This document shows positions 28,614-37,699 of a DNA stretch of 64,000 bases, one piece after another. The position numbers were made by a program, and so were the translations under genes. Each line of letters begins with the position of its first letter. Within the stretch, counting starts at the first letter, position 1. The notes beneath the pieces were generated by a model that was given only the letters and a program-made list of their open reading frames with translations, searched no databases and was not told the origin of the DNA. The DNA is from a virus, in IMG/VR virus record IMGVR_UViG_3300034102_003113; one strand, 5' to 3'.

Positions 28614-30719
28614 ATGTCAGTTTTACGATTTACAGCTTCTGGAAACCTTAAGTTAGATAGAAATGTTAAGTATGTAAGGGCTAGTATTAATATTAGTTGG
28701 AATGACGAGTCGGCTCTTTGGGGTACTGCATTAAAGAGTCTCTCATTCAATGATGATAACAACACGGTTCAGTGGTCTACAACCCAAGATAGTGGAAATG
28801 CCTCAAGGAATTTTAAAATATCTGGTAGTACAACCTCAGCAACTGAAGTTTCAGTAACTTATCAATCTCAGAACACTCCACTTAACATAGATAAAAAGAG
28901 TGATACAAGACTTGCGTTTCTTGATGGGGATGGTACTGATGCTAATGCTACAGTTACACTTAGTATCGATGAGGTGGTATACTTTACTCCTGCCGAAAAT
29001 CCACCTCCGCCAGGAACTACACCATCACCTGTTGGACCTACTTCTTGCCCCGCTCCTACAGACTGGGTAAATATCCTTCCACCATGCGGACGACCACCAT
29101 CTGGATTAAGTTCTCCTGACGGACTACAAATTTCAAAATCTGGGCAGAATCAGATAACTCTTAATCTAAGAAACTATACAAATAAGTTAGTAACTTTAAA
29201 AATTACGCATGAGAGAGACCCTGGATCTGTTTGGACCCAGAGTTTTGATTTTAATATACCTAACTGTTCAGATATTAGTCCCAACACAGGCGGTACTCCA
29301 TACGCAAAGGCCGGATATTCCAACTCAAATATAACTGGAGTTAACACATTTTACGTATATAACGTAGATGGTGGAGATTACAATTACGTTTTCAATCATA
29401 GTTCTAATCCTGGTCCTCGCCCTTTGCGCACAAACTATAACTTAGTATGTAACACCGAGTGTTCTACTAACCCAGATGGGACTCAAAATTGCGTTACAAC
29501 TTGCAGTTGTGAACCCTACCAGGAAACCTATGGTGGCTCATGGCCTCATTGCCCCACTGGAGTAGCAGTTTCCAAAAATGGAGGGAGCAGAGTCCAATGG
29601 CAGTTTGAAGATGGCGGCGGTGGAGACTATAATGACCAGAAAGTTACCATCGAGGTGGTGAGTGTAAGGAACGCGATTAGTTCCACTGGTCCTATCTGCA
29701 CTTCAGCGCTTAAGAGCAGTGTATGGATCTCTGATGGAAGTGATCTCGCTGCAAATGGTAATTGCATTAGTGACTATAAAGACCACTCTAACAAAATCAG
29801 GTTTAGAATCCCATCTCTGAAAACATCAAAAACTACATTCACCTCCCCTGTTTGTTCTTCTTCATTCAGAGGTGTTGCAGGAGCCGCGGCTCCAGGTGAA
29901 GACCAAGGATCATCTAGTTCAGAGTACTCTGTTCTTCATATTTTTAATAGAGACTTCAAAAACACTGAATCATTAGTATCTGGTTCGGGTCTAATTGTCA
30001 CGCCACAGAGCGAAGGTGATGTATACATCGGGACCCTCCCCAATCCTAGTTTAAATACCACTTCAAGAAAACATTACTTAGTTCAATTCACCGATGGAAC
30101 AACAGTTTCAGCAGGTGCAAGTAATATTGATGTTACCATAGGGCAGAATTTAACTGCCGATGGATTAGTCTCTCCTATAGTTGTATCTAAAAAAGAACAA
30201 GTAAGTACAAGTTCTCTTCGTGTATGGTTTTATATCAACCTACAACAAAATGAGAGTTCTACCGAGGATGTTATCCATGTCTTTAATGACGATACAAACA
30301 CAACAGATGATGGGCTTAGCGACCTAGTATTCCCTGGAGTTACTATAGTCCCTCAACAACTTACAGACCCTGGCAATGAGACCGCGGGATTTGAAACATT
30401 AGATGCAACAAATAAAAAGCATTATCTACTTACTTTTACAGACTCAACAATCGTTAATTCGGACGCATCGAATATTAATATCATTATAAACCAAAATAAA
30501 ACCGCGAGCAATATCACTGCTAGAATCGGCATCTCTAAAAAAGAACGAGTCGATAATAAGAACGTTAGGGTATGGCTCACGGCTTATTACACTACTCGTC
30601 CAGTGGGTAAAGAACTCGATAACACTTTTGTGAGAGATTGGTCTGTAAATCGCTCCAGAGTTGAGGATTTCTCTGGTAATGTATTTGTTAGAAACTGGAA
30701 TCTTAAAAAGATAGTATGA
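28614..30719 (+). CDS. Putative virion structural protein, Cys/Pro/Thr-rich with duplicated C-terminal domain
   Basis: Two repeats 'V(L/I)H(I/V)FN..KHYL..FTD.T.V..ASNI..I.QN.TA..SKKE.V...RVW'; EDGGGGDYND Ca-binding-like loop. Confidence 0.55.
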   Translation: MSVLRFTASGNLKLDRNVKYVRASINISWNDESALWGTALKSLSFNDDNNTVQWSTTQDSGNASRNFKISGSTTSATEVSVTYQSQNTPLNIDKKSDTRLAFLDGDGTDANATVTLSIDEVVYFTPAENPPPPGTTPSPVGPTSCPAPTDWVNILPPCGRPPSGLSSPDGLQISKSGQNQITLNLRNYTNKLVTLKITHERDPGSVWTQSFDFNIPNCSDISPNTGGTPYAKAGYSNSNITGVNTFYVYNVDGGDYNYVFNHSSNPGPRPLRTNYNLVCNTECSTNPDGTQNCVTTCSCEPYQETYGGSWPHCPTGVAVSKNGGSRVQWQFEDGGGGDYNDQKVTIEVVSVRNAISSTGPICTSALKSSVWISDGSDLAANGNCISDYKDHSNKIRFRIPSLKTSKTTFTSPVCSSSFRGVAGAAAPGEDQGSSSSEYSVLHIFNRDFKNTESLVSGSGLIVTPQSEGDVYIGTLPNPSLNTTSRKHYLVQFTDGTTVSAGASNIDVTIGQNLTADGLVSPIVVSKKEQVSTSSLRVWFYINLQQNESSTEDVIHVFNDDTNTTDDGLSDLVFPGVTIVPQQLTDPGNETAGFETLDATNKKHYLLTFTDSTIVNSDASNINIIINQNKTASNITARIGISKKERVDNKNVRVWLTAYYTTRPVGKELDNTFVRDWSVNRSRVEDFSGNVFVRNWNLKKIV

Positions 30720-31027
30720 GGGTCACATCAATATCCGCTTCGGGTCGTAGAGCCCGACCACCCAAGTGGTGGTGCGAGTTAGTAGAAAAAGTACCCAAGG
30801 TATATTTACCCTGGCTCAGACCAAAAGTCTGGACACGTGAACTGGCACAGAAGTGGATGGATAGCATCCCATCAAAATGCCCCTTTGAAAGGCAGTGGTG
30901 GATAGGGGACAAACTGGTACTTTTTATCCCGGCTCTATGCTCCTTGAATCCGCTCTCCACCCAACTCTACTCGCTACGTCTTGAAGCGCAGACTTATCTA
31001 TCTAGACTTGAAGTACCCCAAGAGTAG
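30716..31027 (+). CDS. Mo-nitro_C (Mo-dependent nitrogenase C-terminal-like) domain protein
   Basis: IPSKCPFER...IPALCSLNPL..QL..LR matches this cyanobacterial family. Confidence 0.85.
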   Translation: MRVTSISASGRRARPPKWWCELVEKVPKVYLPWLRPKVWTRELAQKWMDSIPSKCPFERQWWIGDKLVLFIPALCSLNPLSTQLYSLRLEAQTYLSRLEVPQE

Positions 31028-31034
31028 TTTAAAG
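31027..31034 (+). promoter_or_regulatory. Putative late promoter GTTTAAAG
   Basis: Exact motif in intergenic region before SSB-like gene. Confidence 0.45.
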
Positions 31035-31068
31035 AAATGTATCAAGGTCCAGACCTGAAATCTGGATC

Positions 31069-31079
31069 CATGATATAAT
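31069..31079 (+). promoter_or_regulatory. Extended -10 promoter (CATGATATAAT)
   Basis: Perfect TGnTATAAT upstream of 31141. Confidence 0.7.
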
Positions 31080-31140
31080 ATCTAAGTGAGCAAAGAGAGA
31101 TCTTTCCTCCAAGAGACCCTAACCCAAGAGAATTTTTAAC

Positions 31141-32070
31141 ATGGCAACTTTTAGCATCACGACCATTGACCTGAGCACCAATGCTCCTCAACTCGCTCCT
31201 CTCTCTGGTCGCGAATACACCTCTGAATACACCCAACTCCCCAACGCTAACCTTCCTAAGGTAATGCGTAAGGAACTCGATACTGTGTTCACATTTCTGA
31301 CAGGCGAAGACCTCCCTCTCGATGAGAACACTTTCCTGATCAAGTCCCGCGATGGTGTATACTTCCGCCTTTTTGGCCCAGTCCTCAAGGTTGGTGCTGA
31401 TGGCGTAGAAGGCACTGAGACTGGTAAACTTTATGTCCAATGGGGACCTCGCTTCATTCCTGTTGGCATTGCAAAGGGTGGTTTCACCACCGCCGATGGT
31501 CGTGAAATGGAAGCCGAGTTTGGTTCGTTTAACTTCTCCGGTCGTGGTGAGGACCCGTGCCTCTTCATCTCTGTTGATACCGAAGATGGCCAAACCGTCC
31601 TCCCTGTGGCCGTTCGTTTCAGCGACTGGGAAAATCCCACCGAACCCAAGGCCCTCAATGCCCTTCTCAAGAAGAAGCCCGAAGACGTAGTCGCCCTTCT
31701 CCAACCTGTGACCGCCAAAGGCGCAGCATCTGGTCCTCGTATCGAAGCCGATGAGGAAATCGATTTCCGCGAACTGGATGTAAATGTTCCTTATGAGGTG
31801 GTTGGATATTACCCTTGCAAAACCTCCTATGGTTTGACCTACCGCATCTTGATTGACAACCTCCCTGAAGAGGGTAAGGTGTCCGGTGCATGGGCTCATA
31901 GTTCCATCCGTCCTCTCCTGGCCACTAAACCTGAGATCAATCGCGATAAGCCTGCTACTCTCACCCTGCGTAGCAAAGAGGAACTGGATACCGGCAAGAT
32001 CCGTATCCGCTCCACTCTGCTTCTCGCACAACAAGAAGCCGATGAGTCGGCTCTCAACCTCGATTTCTGA
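31141..32070 (+). CDS. Putative single-stranded DNA-binding protein
   Basis: Beta-rich, acidic tail ending EADESALNLDF, strongly biased codons, own promoter and terminator. Confidence 0.5.
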   Translation: MATFSITTIDLSTNAPQLAPLSGREYTSEYTQLPNANLPKVMRKELDTVFTFLTGEDLPLDENTFLIKSRDGVYFRLFGPVLKVGADGVEGTETGKLYVQWGPRFIPVGIAKGGFTTADGREMEAEFGSFNFSGRGEDPCLFISVDTEDGQTVLPVAVRFSDWENPTEPKALNALLKKKPEDVVALLQPVTAKGAASGPRIEADEEIDFRELDVNVPYEVVGYYPCKTSYGLTYRILIDNLPEEGKVSGAWAHSSIRPLLATKPEINRDKPATLTLRSKEELDTGKIRIRSTLLLAQQEADESALNLDF

Positions 32071-32092
32071 TAACTCAGAGGTCTGATATATT

Positions 32093-32123
32093 GCCCTGGA
32101 GGATTAACCCCCTCTGGGGCTTT
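32093..32123 (+). terminator. Hairpin terminator
   Basis: GCCCTGGAGG/CCTCTGGGGC stem followed by TTT. Confidence 0.6.
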
Positions 32124-32126
32124 ATA

Positions 32127-32134
32127 GTTTAAAG
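32127..32134 (+). promoter_or_regulatory. Putative late promoter GTTTAAAG
   Basis: Exact motif ~22 nt upstream of ATG 32157. Confidence 0.65.
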
Positions 32135-32156
32135 ACCTATTACCACTAGGTTTATT

Positions 32157-32684
32157 ATGGATAATGAATTAAGAGTCCCAGAGGGATGGGGATTGGCAGA
32201 GTACGCCGAACCTGGAAAGGATACGGGAAAGACCCAAAAGAATGTTGAGTTGGTTTCTCCTGGTCCTCAATCAGGCGAAGATGATTATCACTCTCAGTAT
32301 GTAGATCCAGAAGGAAAGTTTGGTGCTGCAAAAACAGGACAAGGTGCGTCTAGTCCATCCTCGTATAGTGGAGAGGAGACGGCCCAAGAGGAACCTAAAG
32401 GATCCCAACCTTACGATGTTGGTCAACTCCATCTTGAGGATAAAGAGGTGGTTGTTGAGGATGGAAGACAACGTGGCTATCATTACTATCTAGTCACCCA
32501 TCCAGACAAGGAGTACTTCTACTCAGTAATTCCTAAACTCCGCGGAAACAAAGAGACCTATAAGAGTCCACACAAGTCGACTCGAAAGGAGGCTCTTGAG
32601 GCCGCCTATAAGGTCCTAAATGTTACATTACCCGCCTCTATCTCAGATCAGATGCACTATACCTATCCAGAGAGTGAAATCTGA
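32157..32684 (+). CDS. Acidic hypothetical protein with N-terminal VPEGW tag
   Basis: MDNELRVPEGWGLAEYAE; low-complexity N-half. Confidence 0.7.
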   Translation: MDNELRVPEGWGLAEYAEPGKDTGKTQKNVELVSPGPQSGEDDYHSQYVDPEGKFGAAKTGQGASSPSSYSGEETAQEEPKGSQPYDVGQLHLEDKEVVVEDGRQRGYHYYLVTHPDKEYFYSVIPKLRGNKETYKSPHKSTRKEALEAAYKVLNVTLPASISDQMHYTYPESEI

Positions 32685-32691
32685 TCCAAAC

Positions 32692-32702
32692 TATGATAGA
32701 AT
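32692..32702 (+). promoter_or_regulatory. Extended -10 promoter (TATGATAGAAT)
   Basis: Upstream of nrdB; same 11-mer at 36520 and 62556. Confidence 0.65.
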
Positions 32703-32734
32703 GAAATTCTTTTCTACAGATCCCAGTACCCCCC

Positions 32735-33730
32735 ATGAGTAGCATCCTAGAGCATAACAAGATGATCTTTAAGAAGGACACTGGGTTTGATTTCCCAGAG
32801 TTCTACGACTACTATGAGCGTACAGTGGCAAGTGTATGGCGTCATCAAGAGGTAGCCATGGAATCCGATCTCCGCGATTGGCAATTCAACTCTACACCTG
32901 ACGAGAGGGCTGTTATCGCCGGGATCCTCAAGGGATTTGTTAGCGCAGAGTTGGGAATCGGATGCTACTGGGCAGATGAAGTATGCCGAATCTTCCCCAA
33001 ACCAGAGATTCAGGCTATGGCTAAAGCCTTCTCATTCTTTGAGACTATCCATGCCGCTGCCTATTCCTACCTCAATGATGTTCTTGGACTCAAGGAGTAC
33101 GAGGAATTTATCAACGATCCCGTCACCTGTTCTAAGATCGATACATTTTTCTCTAAGTATCCAGATAAGGTCGCTCTTGCAGTGTTCTCTGGAGCGGGGG
33201 AAGGTGTAAGTCTATTCAGTTCATTTGCTGTGCTCCTTAGCTTCAATAAGGATGGTAGGTACAAGGGTCTGGCTCAGATTATTTCCTGGTCTGCCATTGA
33301 TGAGCAGACTCACTCCGAGGCTGGATGCCAACTCTTCAAGAGATTGGTGGAAGAGACAGGACTATCAGACTCCGATCGCCAAGCCATCTATGAAGGTTTC
33401 CAACTCGTAGTAGACAAGGAATCCTCCTTTATCGACCATATCTTTAACTCAGCGTATATCTCCTCAATCGACGCCAGTGAGTTGAAAGCTTATATTAAGA
33501 ACAGGGCAAATGAACGCCTACTTCTCCTTGGTCTTGACCAGATGTTCAAACTATCAACCGAAGAACTTACAAAGGCTAAATCAATCTCATCTTGGTTTGA
33601 TCCGATGGTCAAAGGGGCAAGTAGCACAGATTTCTTTGCCGCTTCTAAAGATGGTGCTAATTACGTAGCCAAAATCTCCCAAGATTTCATGGCTGTAGAT
33701 CTTTCCGCCTTAGACCTTGTTCTTGTCTAA
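32735..33730 (+). CDS. nrdB: Ribonucleotide reductase class I beta subunit
   Basis: VW..EV.M..D..DW, ETIHAAAY, EGVSLFSSF, DEQTH, DFF motifs. Confidence 0.95.
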   Translation: MSSILEHNKMIFKKDTGFDFPEFYDYYERTVASVWRHQEVAMESDLRDWQFNSTPDERAVIAGILKGFVSAELGIGCYWADEVCRIFPKPEIQAMAKAFSFFETIHAAAYSYLNDVLGLKEYEEFINDPVTCSKIDTFFSKYPDKVALAVFSGAGEGVSLFSSFAVLLSFNKDGRYKGLAQIISWSAIDEQTHSEAGCQLFKRLVEETGLSDSDRQAIYEGFQLVVDKESSFIDHIFNSAYISSIDASELKAYIKNRANERLLLLGLDQMFKLSTEELTKAKSISSWFDPMVKGASSTDFFAASKDGANYVAKISQDFMAVDLSALDLVLV

Positions 33731-33733
33731 GAA

Positions 33734-33889
33734 ATGATCAAAGAACCTATTTGCACCAAGGGTTATTGGGTGGTTGAACTTTCTGATGGTTATCAAATCA
33801 AATTCAATGACGGCGAAACAGCCCAAGATTTTTATCTACTAAATAAAGCTAGAGAAGAACAAATTTATGGCAATCCATCCAAACCCTGA
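33734..33889 (+). CDS. Small hypothetical protein (51 aa, not in ORF track)
   Basis: ATG 4 nt after nrdB stop; MIKEPICTKGYWVVELSDG...; fills the gap. Confidence 0.55.
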   Translation: MIKEPICTKGYWVVELSDGYQIKFNDGETAQDFYLLNKAREEQIYGNPSKP

Positions 33890-34073
33890 CCGAGATGAGT
33901 CTTTGATGATCAAAGACCATGGCACAACATGTCTAATCACTGACATCAAAGCCGATGGATATCTCCGCAGGGCACGAATGAAAAAGAATACAACACCACC
34001 AATCGACCGATACTCTAGACCTTGTGGTGGTAGAGGCGGGTTTGATGACTTTGTGGAGAGATGGCATGAATGA
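33867..34073 (+). CDS. Conserved cyanophage-type hypothetical protein
   Basis: 'PDRD..M...GTT.LITD' pattern recalled from small cyanomyovirus ORFs. Confidence 0.6.
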   Translation: MAIHPNPDRDESLMIKDHGTTCLITDIKADGYLRRARMKKNTTPPIDRYSRPCGGRGGFDDFVERWHE

Positions 34074-34476
34074 CTTTAGAACTCCAGATGGTTGGAGTGT
34101 AAGAGGACGGGAGCAAGGTGGCCGAGATTTCTCAGACTCCAAGGAAATGTGGAAGCAATGGAGAAACTCACCCTATGAGGTAAGTAATAAAGGCCAAGTA
34201 AGACGAAAAGGAAGCGGTGAAGTCCGTAAACCTAGAGACGATGGACGTAAGCATCACAGAGTTAATCTAACTTGGGATGGTAATCGTGAGGAACCAATGC
34301 TCCATCAAATGGTTATGGAACTATTCGGTCCGCCAAAGCCTAAAGGAAAGAATATAGTAATCCTCCATAAAGATAACAATGGAACAAACAACTCCATCTC
34401 TAATCTAAAATGGGGAACTAAGTCAGAGAACGTACAACAGGCGCATGACGATGGGTTAATCGATAACTCAAAATAA
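34066..34476 (+). CDS. NUMOD4-HNH endonuclease with N-terminal PDGW leader
   Basis: WK...YEVSNKGQVR (NUMOD4), HQMVMELF, ILHKDNNGTNNSISNLKWGTKSENVQ (HNH_3); ATG 34066 overlaps upstream stop. Confidence 0.85.
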   Translation: MNDFRTPDGWSVRGREQGGRDFSDSKEMWKQWRNSPYEVSNKGQVRRKGSGEVRKPRDDGRKHHRVNLTWDGNREEPMLHQMVMELFGPPKPKGKNIVILHKDNNGTNNSISNLKWGTKSENVQQAHDDGLIDNSK

Positions 34477-34556
34477 TCGTCCACTAATTAACCAAATAGC
34501 ATTTAACCTAGACGCGGAGTAACAGACCATTACATCTAGGTTAATTTGTTATGCTC

Positions 34557-34567
34557 TATGATAAAAT
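34557..34567 (+). promoter_or_regulatory. Extended -10 promoter (TATGATAAAAT)
   Basis: Upstream of nrdA; preceded by 10-bp inverted repeat 34503-12/34535-44. Confidence 0.65.
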
Positions 34568-34588
34568 TAATTTACCCACTTTGATCAG

Positions 34589-36505
34589 ATGCCAGAACTT
34601 CAAGTACCAGAATGGATGAGTAAGGAAGCCGTGGATACCCTCTCAAGGGGGTATCTATGGAATGCGGAGACCCCCCGTGGGATGTTTGAACGAGTCTCAA
34701 ATCAAGCCGCTAAGATCCTTGAATATCCAGAATTAGCCGATGATCTTTTCGAGGTACTCTGGCGTGGGTTTTTAGGTCTTGCTACTCCAGTAGCCAGCAA
34801 CTTTGGCACGTCTCGTGGGTTACCAATTAGTTGCTACTCAACTCATCTCTCCGACTCGGTCCAGTCCATCTACTCCCACCTCAAGGAAGTCGCTGCTCTA
34901 TCAAAGAATGGTGGTGGAGTAGGAGTATATCTCGGTGACATCCGCCCTTCTGGATCTCCTATTGCCTCTGGTGGGAAGAGCACCGGCATTGTTCCTTGGG
35001 CTCGGCAATATGACCAGTGTGCTTCTGTAGTCAGCCAAGGTGGAGTGAGGAGAGGAAGTTTTGCAATGTATGTCCCTATCGACCACCCTGATCTTGCAGA
35101 GTTGCTCCGCACTAAAGACCACTCTCAAGGTGACCCGCGGGATTTTGTTGATAGCAATATCGCCGTCTCTATCACCGATGAGTGGGTAGAGAGCATGTTG
35201 GCTGGAGATCGTGAAAAGCAAAAGATCTTTGGCGAGGTGCTTAAGGTTCGGATGATCAGCGGGTCACCATACATCATTTATATTGATAATGCCAACCGCG
35301 CCAATCCTGAATGCTATACCCAACGTGGTCTTAAAGTAAGTCTTAGTAATCTCTGTTCAGAGATCTTCCTCCATACAGATGAGAACCATACCTTTGTCTG
35401 CGTACTCAGTTCTATCAACCTTGCCCGATGGGAAGAATGGAAAGACTGGAGAGGAGCAAAAACTGGCAAATCTGTACCTGAGTTGGCCGTGTACCTCCTC
35501 GATGCGGTCGTAGAGGAGTTCTGTCATAAGGGCGATCGCACTGCATCCATGGGACGGAGTGTTCGTTTCGCTCGTAAATCCAGAGCTCTTGGCCTGGGTA
35601 CTATGGGTCTCCATGCACTCTATCAGTCTAAGAATCTTCCGTTTGCATCTGAGGAAGCCCGTGTCCTAAACATCGAGACACATAGATTCATCAAAGAGCA
35701 GGCAATTAAGGCCTCTGAGGAGATGGCAATCAGATATGGCGAACCAGAATGGTGCGAGGGAAGTGGCCGGAGACACACTCACCTGATGGCCATTGCTCCA
35801 ACTCGTTCTAACTCTGTTATCTGCGGAGCTGTGAGTCAGGGCATCGAACCCATCGATGCTAATTACTATGTCGCTAAGCAAGCAAAAGGTACTTTTGTTC
35901 GTAAAAATCCCTACCTTGAAGCGTACCTAGACTCAGTCGGGAAGAACACCGAGGAGGTATGGGAAAGCATATTGGAGTTCAGAGGATCTGTCCAGCATCT
36001 CGATTTCCTATCCGAGGAGACCAAGGGTATCTTCCTCACAGCTCGTGAGATGGACCAGTTTGAACTTGTTAAACAAGCCTCAGATCGTCAACCCTATGTT
36101 TGCCAAGGGCAATCCCTCAACCTCTTCGTAGACCCTGAGTCCTCCCCAGAATATCTCTTCAAGCTCCACCTAAGTGCCTGGAAGGGTGGCCTGAAGTCCC
36201 TTTATTACCTCAAGAGTAGTTCTTTACTCGTCAAGAGAAAGAAACTCGAGACGGTATCTAAGACCGCAAAAATCATCACAAAGGAAACTTGCCCTTATTG
36301 CACCATGGCAAAGTCCCTGCTCAAAGCAAAGGGATACAAGATTGAGGAGATTGATCGCGCCAATGTGCCTGACTCTGAATTCCCCTACCGCACTGTGCCT
36401 CAGATCTGGATCAATGGACAGTACATTGGTGGATACACAGAACTGGCAGAGAAGATTGGCACTCCAGAAAAACAATATGGTGAGTGTACTGCCTGCGAGG
36501 GTTGA
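34589..36505 (+). CDS. nrdA: Ribonucleotide reductase class I alpha subunit with inserted glutaredoxin domain
   Basis: ATPV, PISC, GGGVG, SQGGVRRG, SNLCSEI, AIAPT, KSLYY; then CPYC/TVPQI Grx; terminal CTAC. Confidence 0.95.
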   Translation: MPELQVPEWMSKEAVDTLSRGYLWNAETPRGMFERVSNQAAKILEYPELADDLFEVLWRGFLGLATPVASNFGTSRGLPISCYSTHLSDSVQSIYSHLKEVAALSKNGGGVGVYLGDIRPSGSPIASGGKSTGIVPWARQYDQCASVVSQGGVRRGSFAMYVPIDHPDLAELLRTKDHSQGDPRDFVDSNIAVSITDEWVESMLAGDREKQKIFGEVLKVRMISGSPYIIYIDNANRANPECYTQRGLKVSLSNLCSEIFLHTDENHTFVCVLSSINLARWEEWKDWRGAKTGKSVPELAVYLLDAVVEEFCHKGDRTASMGRSVRFARKSRALGLGTMGLHALYQSKNLPFASEEARVLNIETHRFIKEQAIKASEEMAIRYGEPEWCEGSGRRHTHLMAIAPTRSNSVICGAVSQGIEPIDANYYVAKQAKGTFVRKNPYLEAYLDSVGKNTEEVWESILEFRGSVQHLDFLSEETKGIFLTAREMDQFELVKQASDRQPYVCQGQSLNLFVDPESSPEYLFKLHLSAWKGGLKSLYYLKSSSLLVKRKKLETVSKTAKIITKETCPYCTMAKSLLKAKGYKIEEIDRANVPDSEFPYRTVPQIWINGQYIGGYTELAEKIGTPEKQYGECTACEG

Positions 36506-36519
36506 TCTAAGCCCAAATC

Positions 36520-36530
36520 TATGATAGAAT
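36520..36530 (+). promoter_or_regulatory. Extended -10 promoter (TATGATAGAAT)
   Basis: Upstream of dNTPase gene. Confidence 0.65.
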
Positions 36531-36540
36531 CTACAAGTAA

Positions 36541-37008
36541 ATGCTACCCCAGCAAGATATGAATTTCGACTACGCCAGGTTTATCGATGAAGGCTATGCT
36601 TCTCAGCAAAAGTACGCTAAAGCTGCAGGACAACCTGGCCCTTTGGATGAAAACCTCTCCAGTAATGATCGCCATGCAAAGGTGATTGAGTACATGGGCC
36701 ATCTCATCGAAGAGACTATTGAGGCCCGAGTGTATGTCCCACGGCGTAGTTGGAAAACCAATGAACCCTCGTTCCTTGACTCCAATAAAAACCGTGAGGA
36801 GTTTATCGCTGAATGCTTTGATATTCTTCTCTTCCACCGGGCAATTTTGGCTTATGCCGGAGTTACTGGGGATGAATTTGCTGAGGTTGCAGCACGGAAA
36901 CTCGACTATAACTCAAAACGTAAAGATCACATCACCAATGGCACCGAGTCCGCTCCTGTTGATCCGTCTAAAGAACTTCAAGGAGACTGCCCTTCAGCTT
37001 CTTTCTAA
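36541..37008 (+). CDS. All-alpha dNTP pyrophosphatase (dimeric dUTPase / T4 gp56 dCTPase-like)
   Basis: EETIE...SWK...EEFIAECFD pattern (ExxE...ExxD). Confidence 0.75.
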   Translation: MLPQQDMNFDYARFIDEGYASQQKYAKAAGQPGPLDENLSSNDRHAKVIEYMGHLIEETIEARVYVPRRSWKTNEPSFLDSNKNREEFIAECFDILLFHRAILAYAGVTGDEFAEVAARKLDYNSKRKDHITNGTESAPVDPSKELQGDCPSASF

Positions 37009-37016
37009 ATGATACA

Positions 37017-37193
37017 ATGAACAAACGACCGATTCAAAGACTCCTACAGGATACCTCTGAAGACCGGTGTTTAAATTGTGACGGGAGGGGGTTTGAGATC
37101 ATCACTCATACCTCTCCTGATGGATACGTAGAACCAAACGAGGTACAGGAATGTGAACATTGCAATAGCACTGGAAAACGCATGGGGAATTAA
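37017..37193 (+). CDS. Small zinc-finger protein (58 aa, DnaJ-type CxxCxGxG; not in ORF track)
   Basis: CLNCDGRG...CEHCNSTG. Confidence 0.65.
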   Translation: MNKRPIQRLLQDTSEDRCLNCDGRGFEIITHTSPDGYVEPNEVQECEHCNSTGKRMGN

Positions 37194-37650
37194 ACCGGAG
37201 TCTTCGGTTTTAGTTCTTAATGCCACCTATGAACCGATAAACATCACAAGTTGGAAAAGGGCTATCATCCTTCTTGTAAAGGAGAAAGCTACGATTATCT
37301 CGGAGAAGGTAATCCGTCTTATCGACTATGTTCGTGTTCCTGTATCCAAAATTATGGAAGCAAAGCCATCTCGGGCGATGATTTACAAACGAGATGGGCA
37401 TAAATGCCAATATTGTGGCTCTACGAGGGGATTGACAATTGACCATGTAATTCCTAAGAGTCGTGGAGGTGGGGATACTTGGCAGAATTTAGTTGTTGCG
37501 TGTAGCAAATGTAATACATTTAAGAGCAATAAACTCTTAGAGCATACAGGAATGAAACTTGTACGAAAACCCACAGCCCCGGTAAATAAGATCATCTTCG
37601 TGATTTCCCAAACTAAAGACCCAGAATGGCAACAGTATAATTATATTTGA
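37153..37650 (+). CDS. HNH endonuclease (McrA-like)
   Basis: VLVLNATYEP, RDGHKCQYCG, TIDHVIPKSRGG, NLVVACSKCN. Confidence 0.92.
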   Translation: MNIAIALENAWGIKPESSVLVLNATYEPINITSWKRAIILLVKEKATIISEKVIRLIDYVRVPVSKIMEAKPSRAMIYKRDGHKCQYCGSTRGLTIDHVIPKSRGGGDTWQNLVVACSKCNTFKSNKLLEHTGMKLVRKPTAPVNKIIFVISQTKDPEWQQYNYI

Positions 37651-37660
37651 TTAAAGTTCG

Positions 37661-37691
37661 GAGGGGAGTTAAATCTTCCCTCTTTTTTTTA
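37661..37691 (+). terminator. Rho-independent terminator
   Basis: GAGGGGAG/CTTCCCTC stem + long T tract. Confidence 0.75.
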
Positions 37692-37699
37692 TTGTCATC

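Noticed and set aside
30716-31027. Nitrogen-fixation auxiliary gene
   Set aside because: The family name is not evidence of nitrogenase function; no nif genes present
31042-32034. 330-aa antisense ORF over the SSB-like gene
   Set aside because: Shadow of strong codon bias; no motifs, promoter or plausible composition
32735-36505. Intron or intein in nrdA/nrdB or terL
   Set aside because: Reading frames are continuous with normal motif spacing and no splicing motifs
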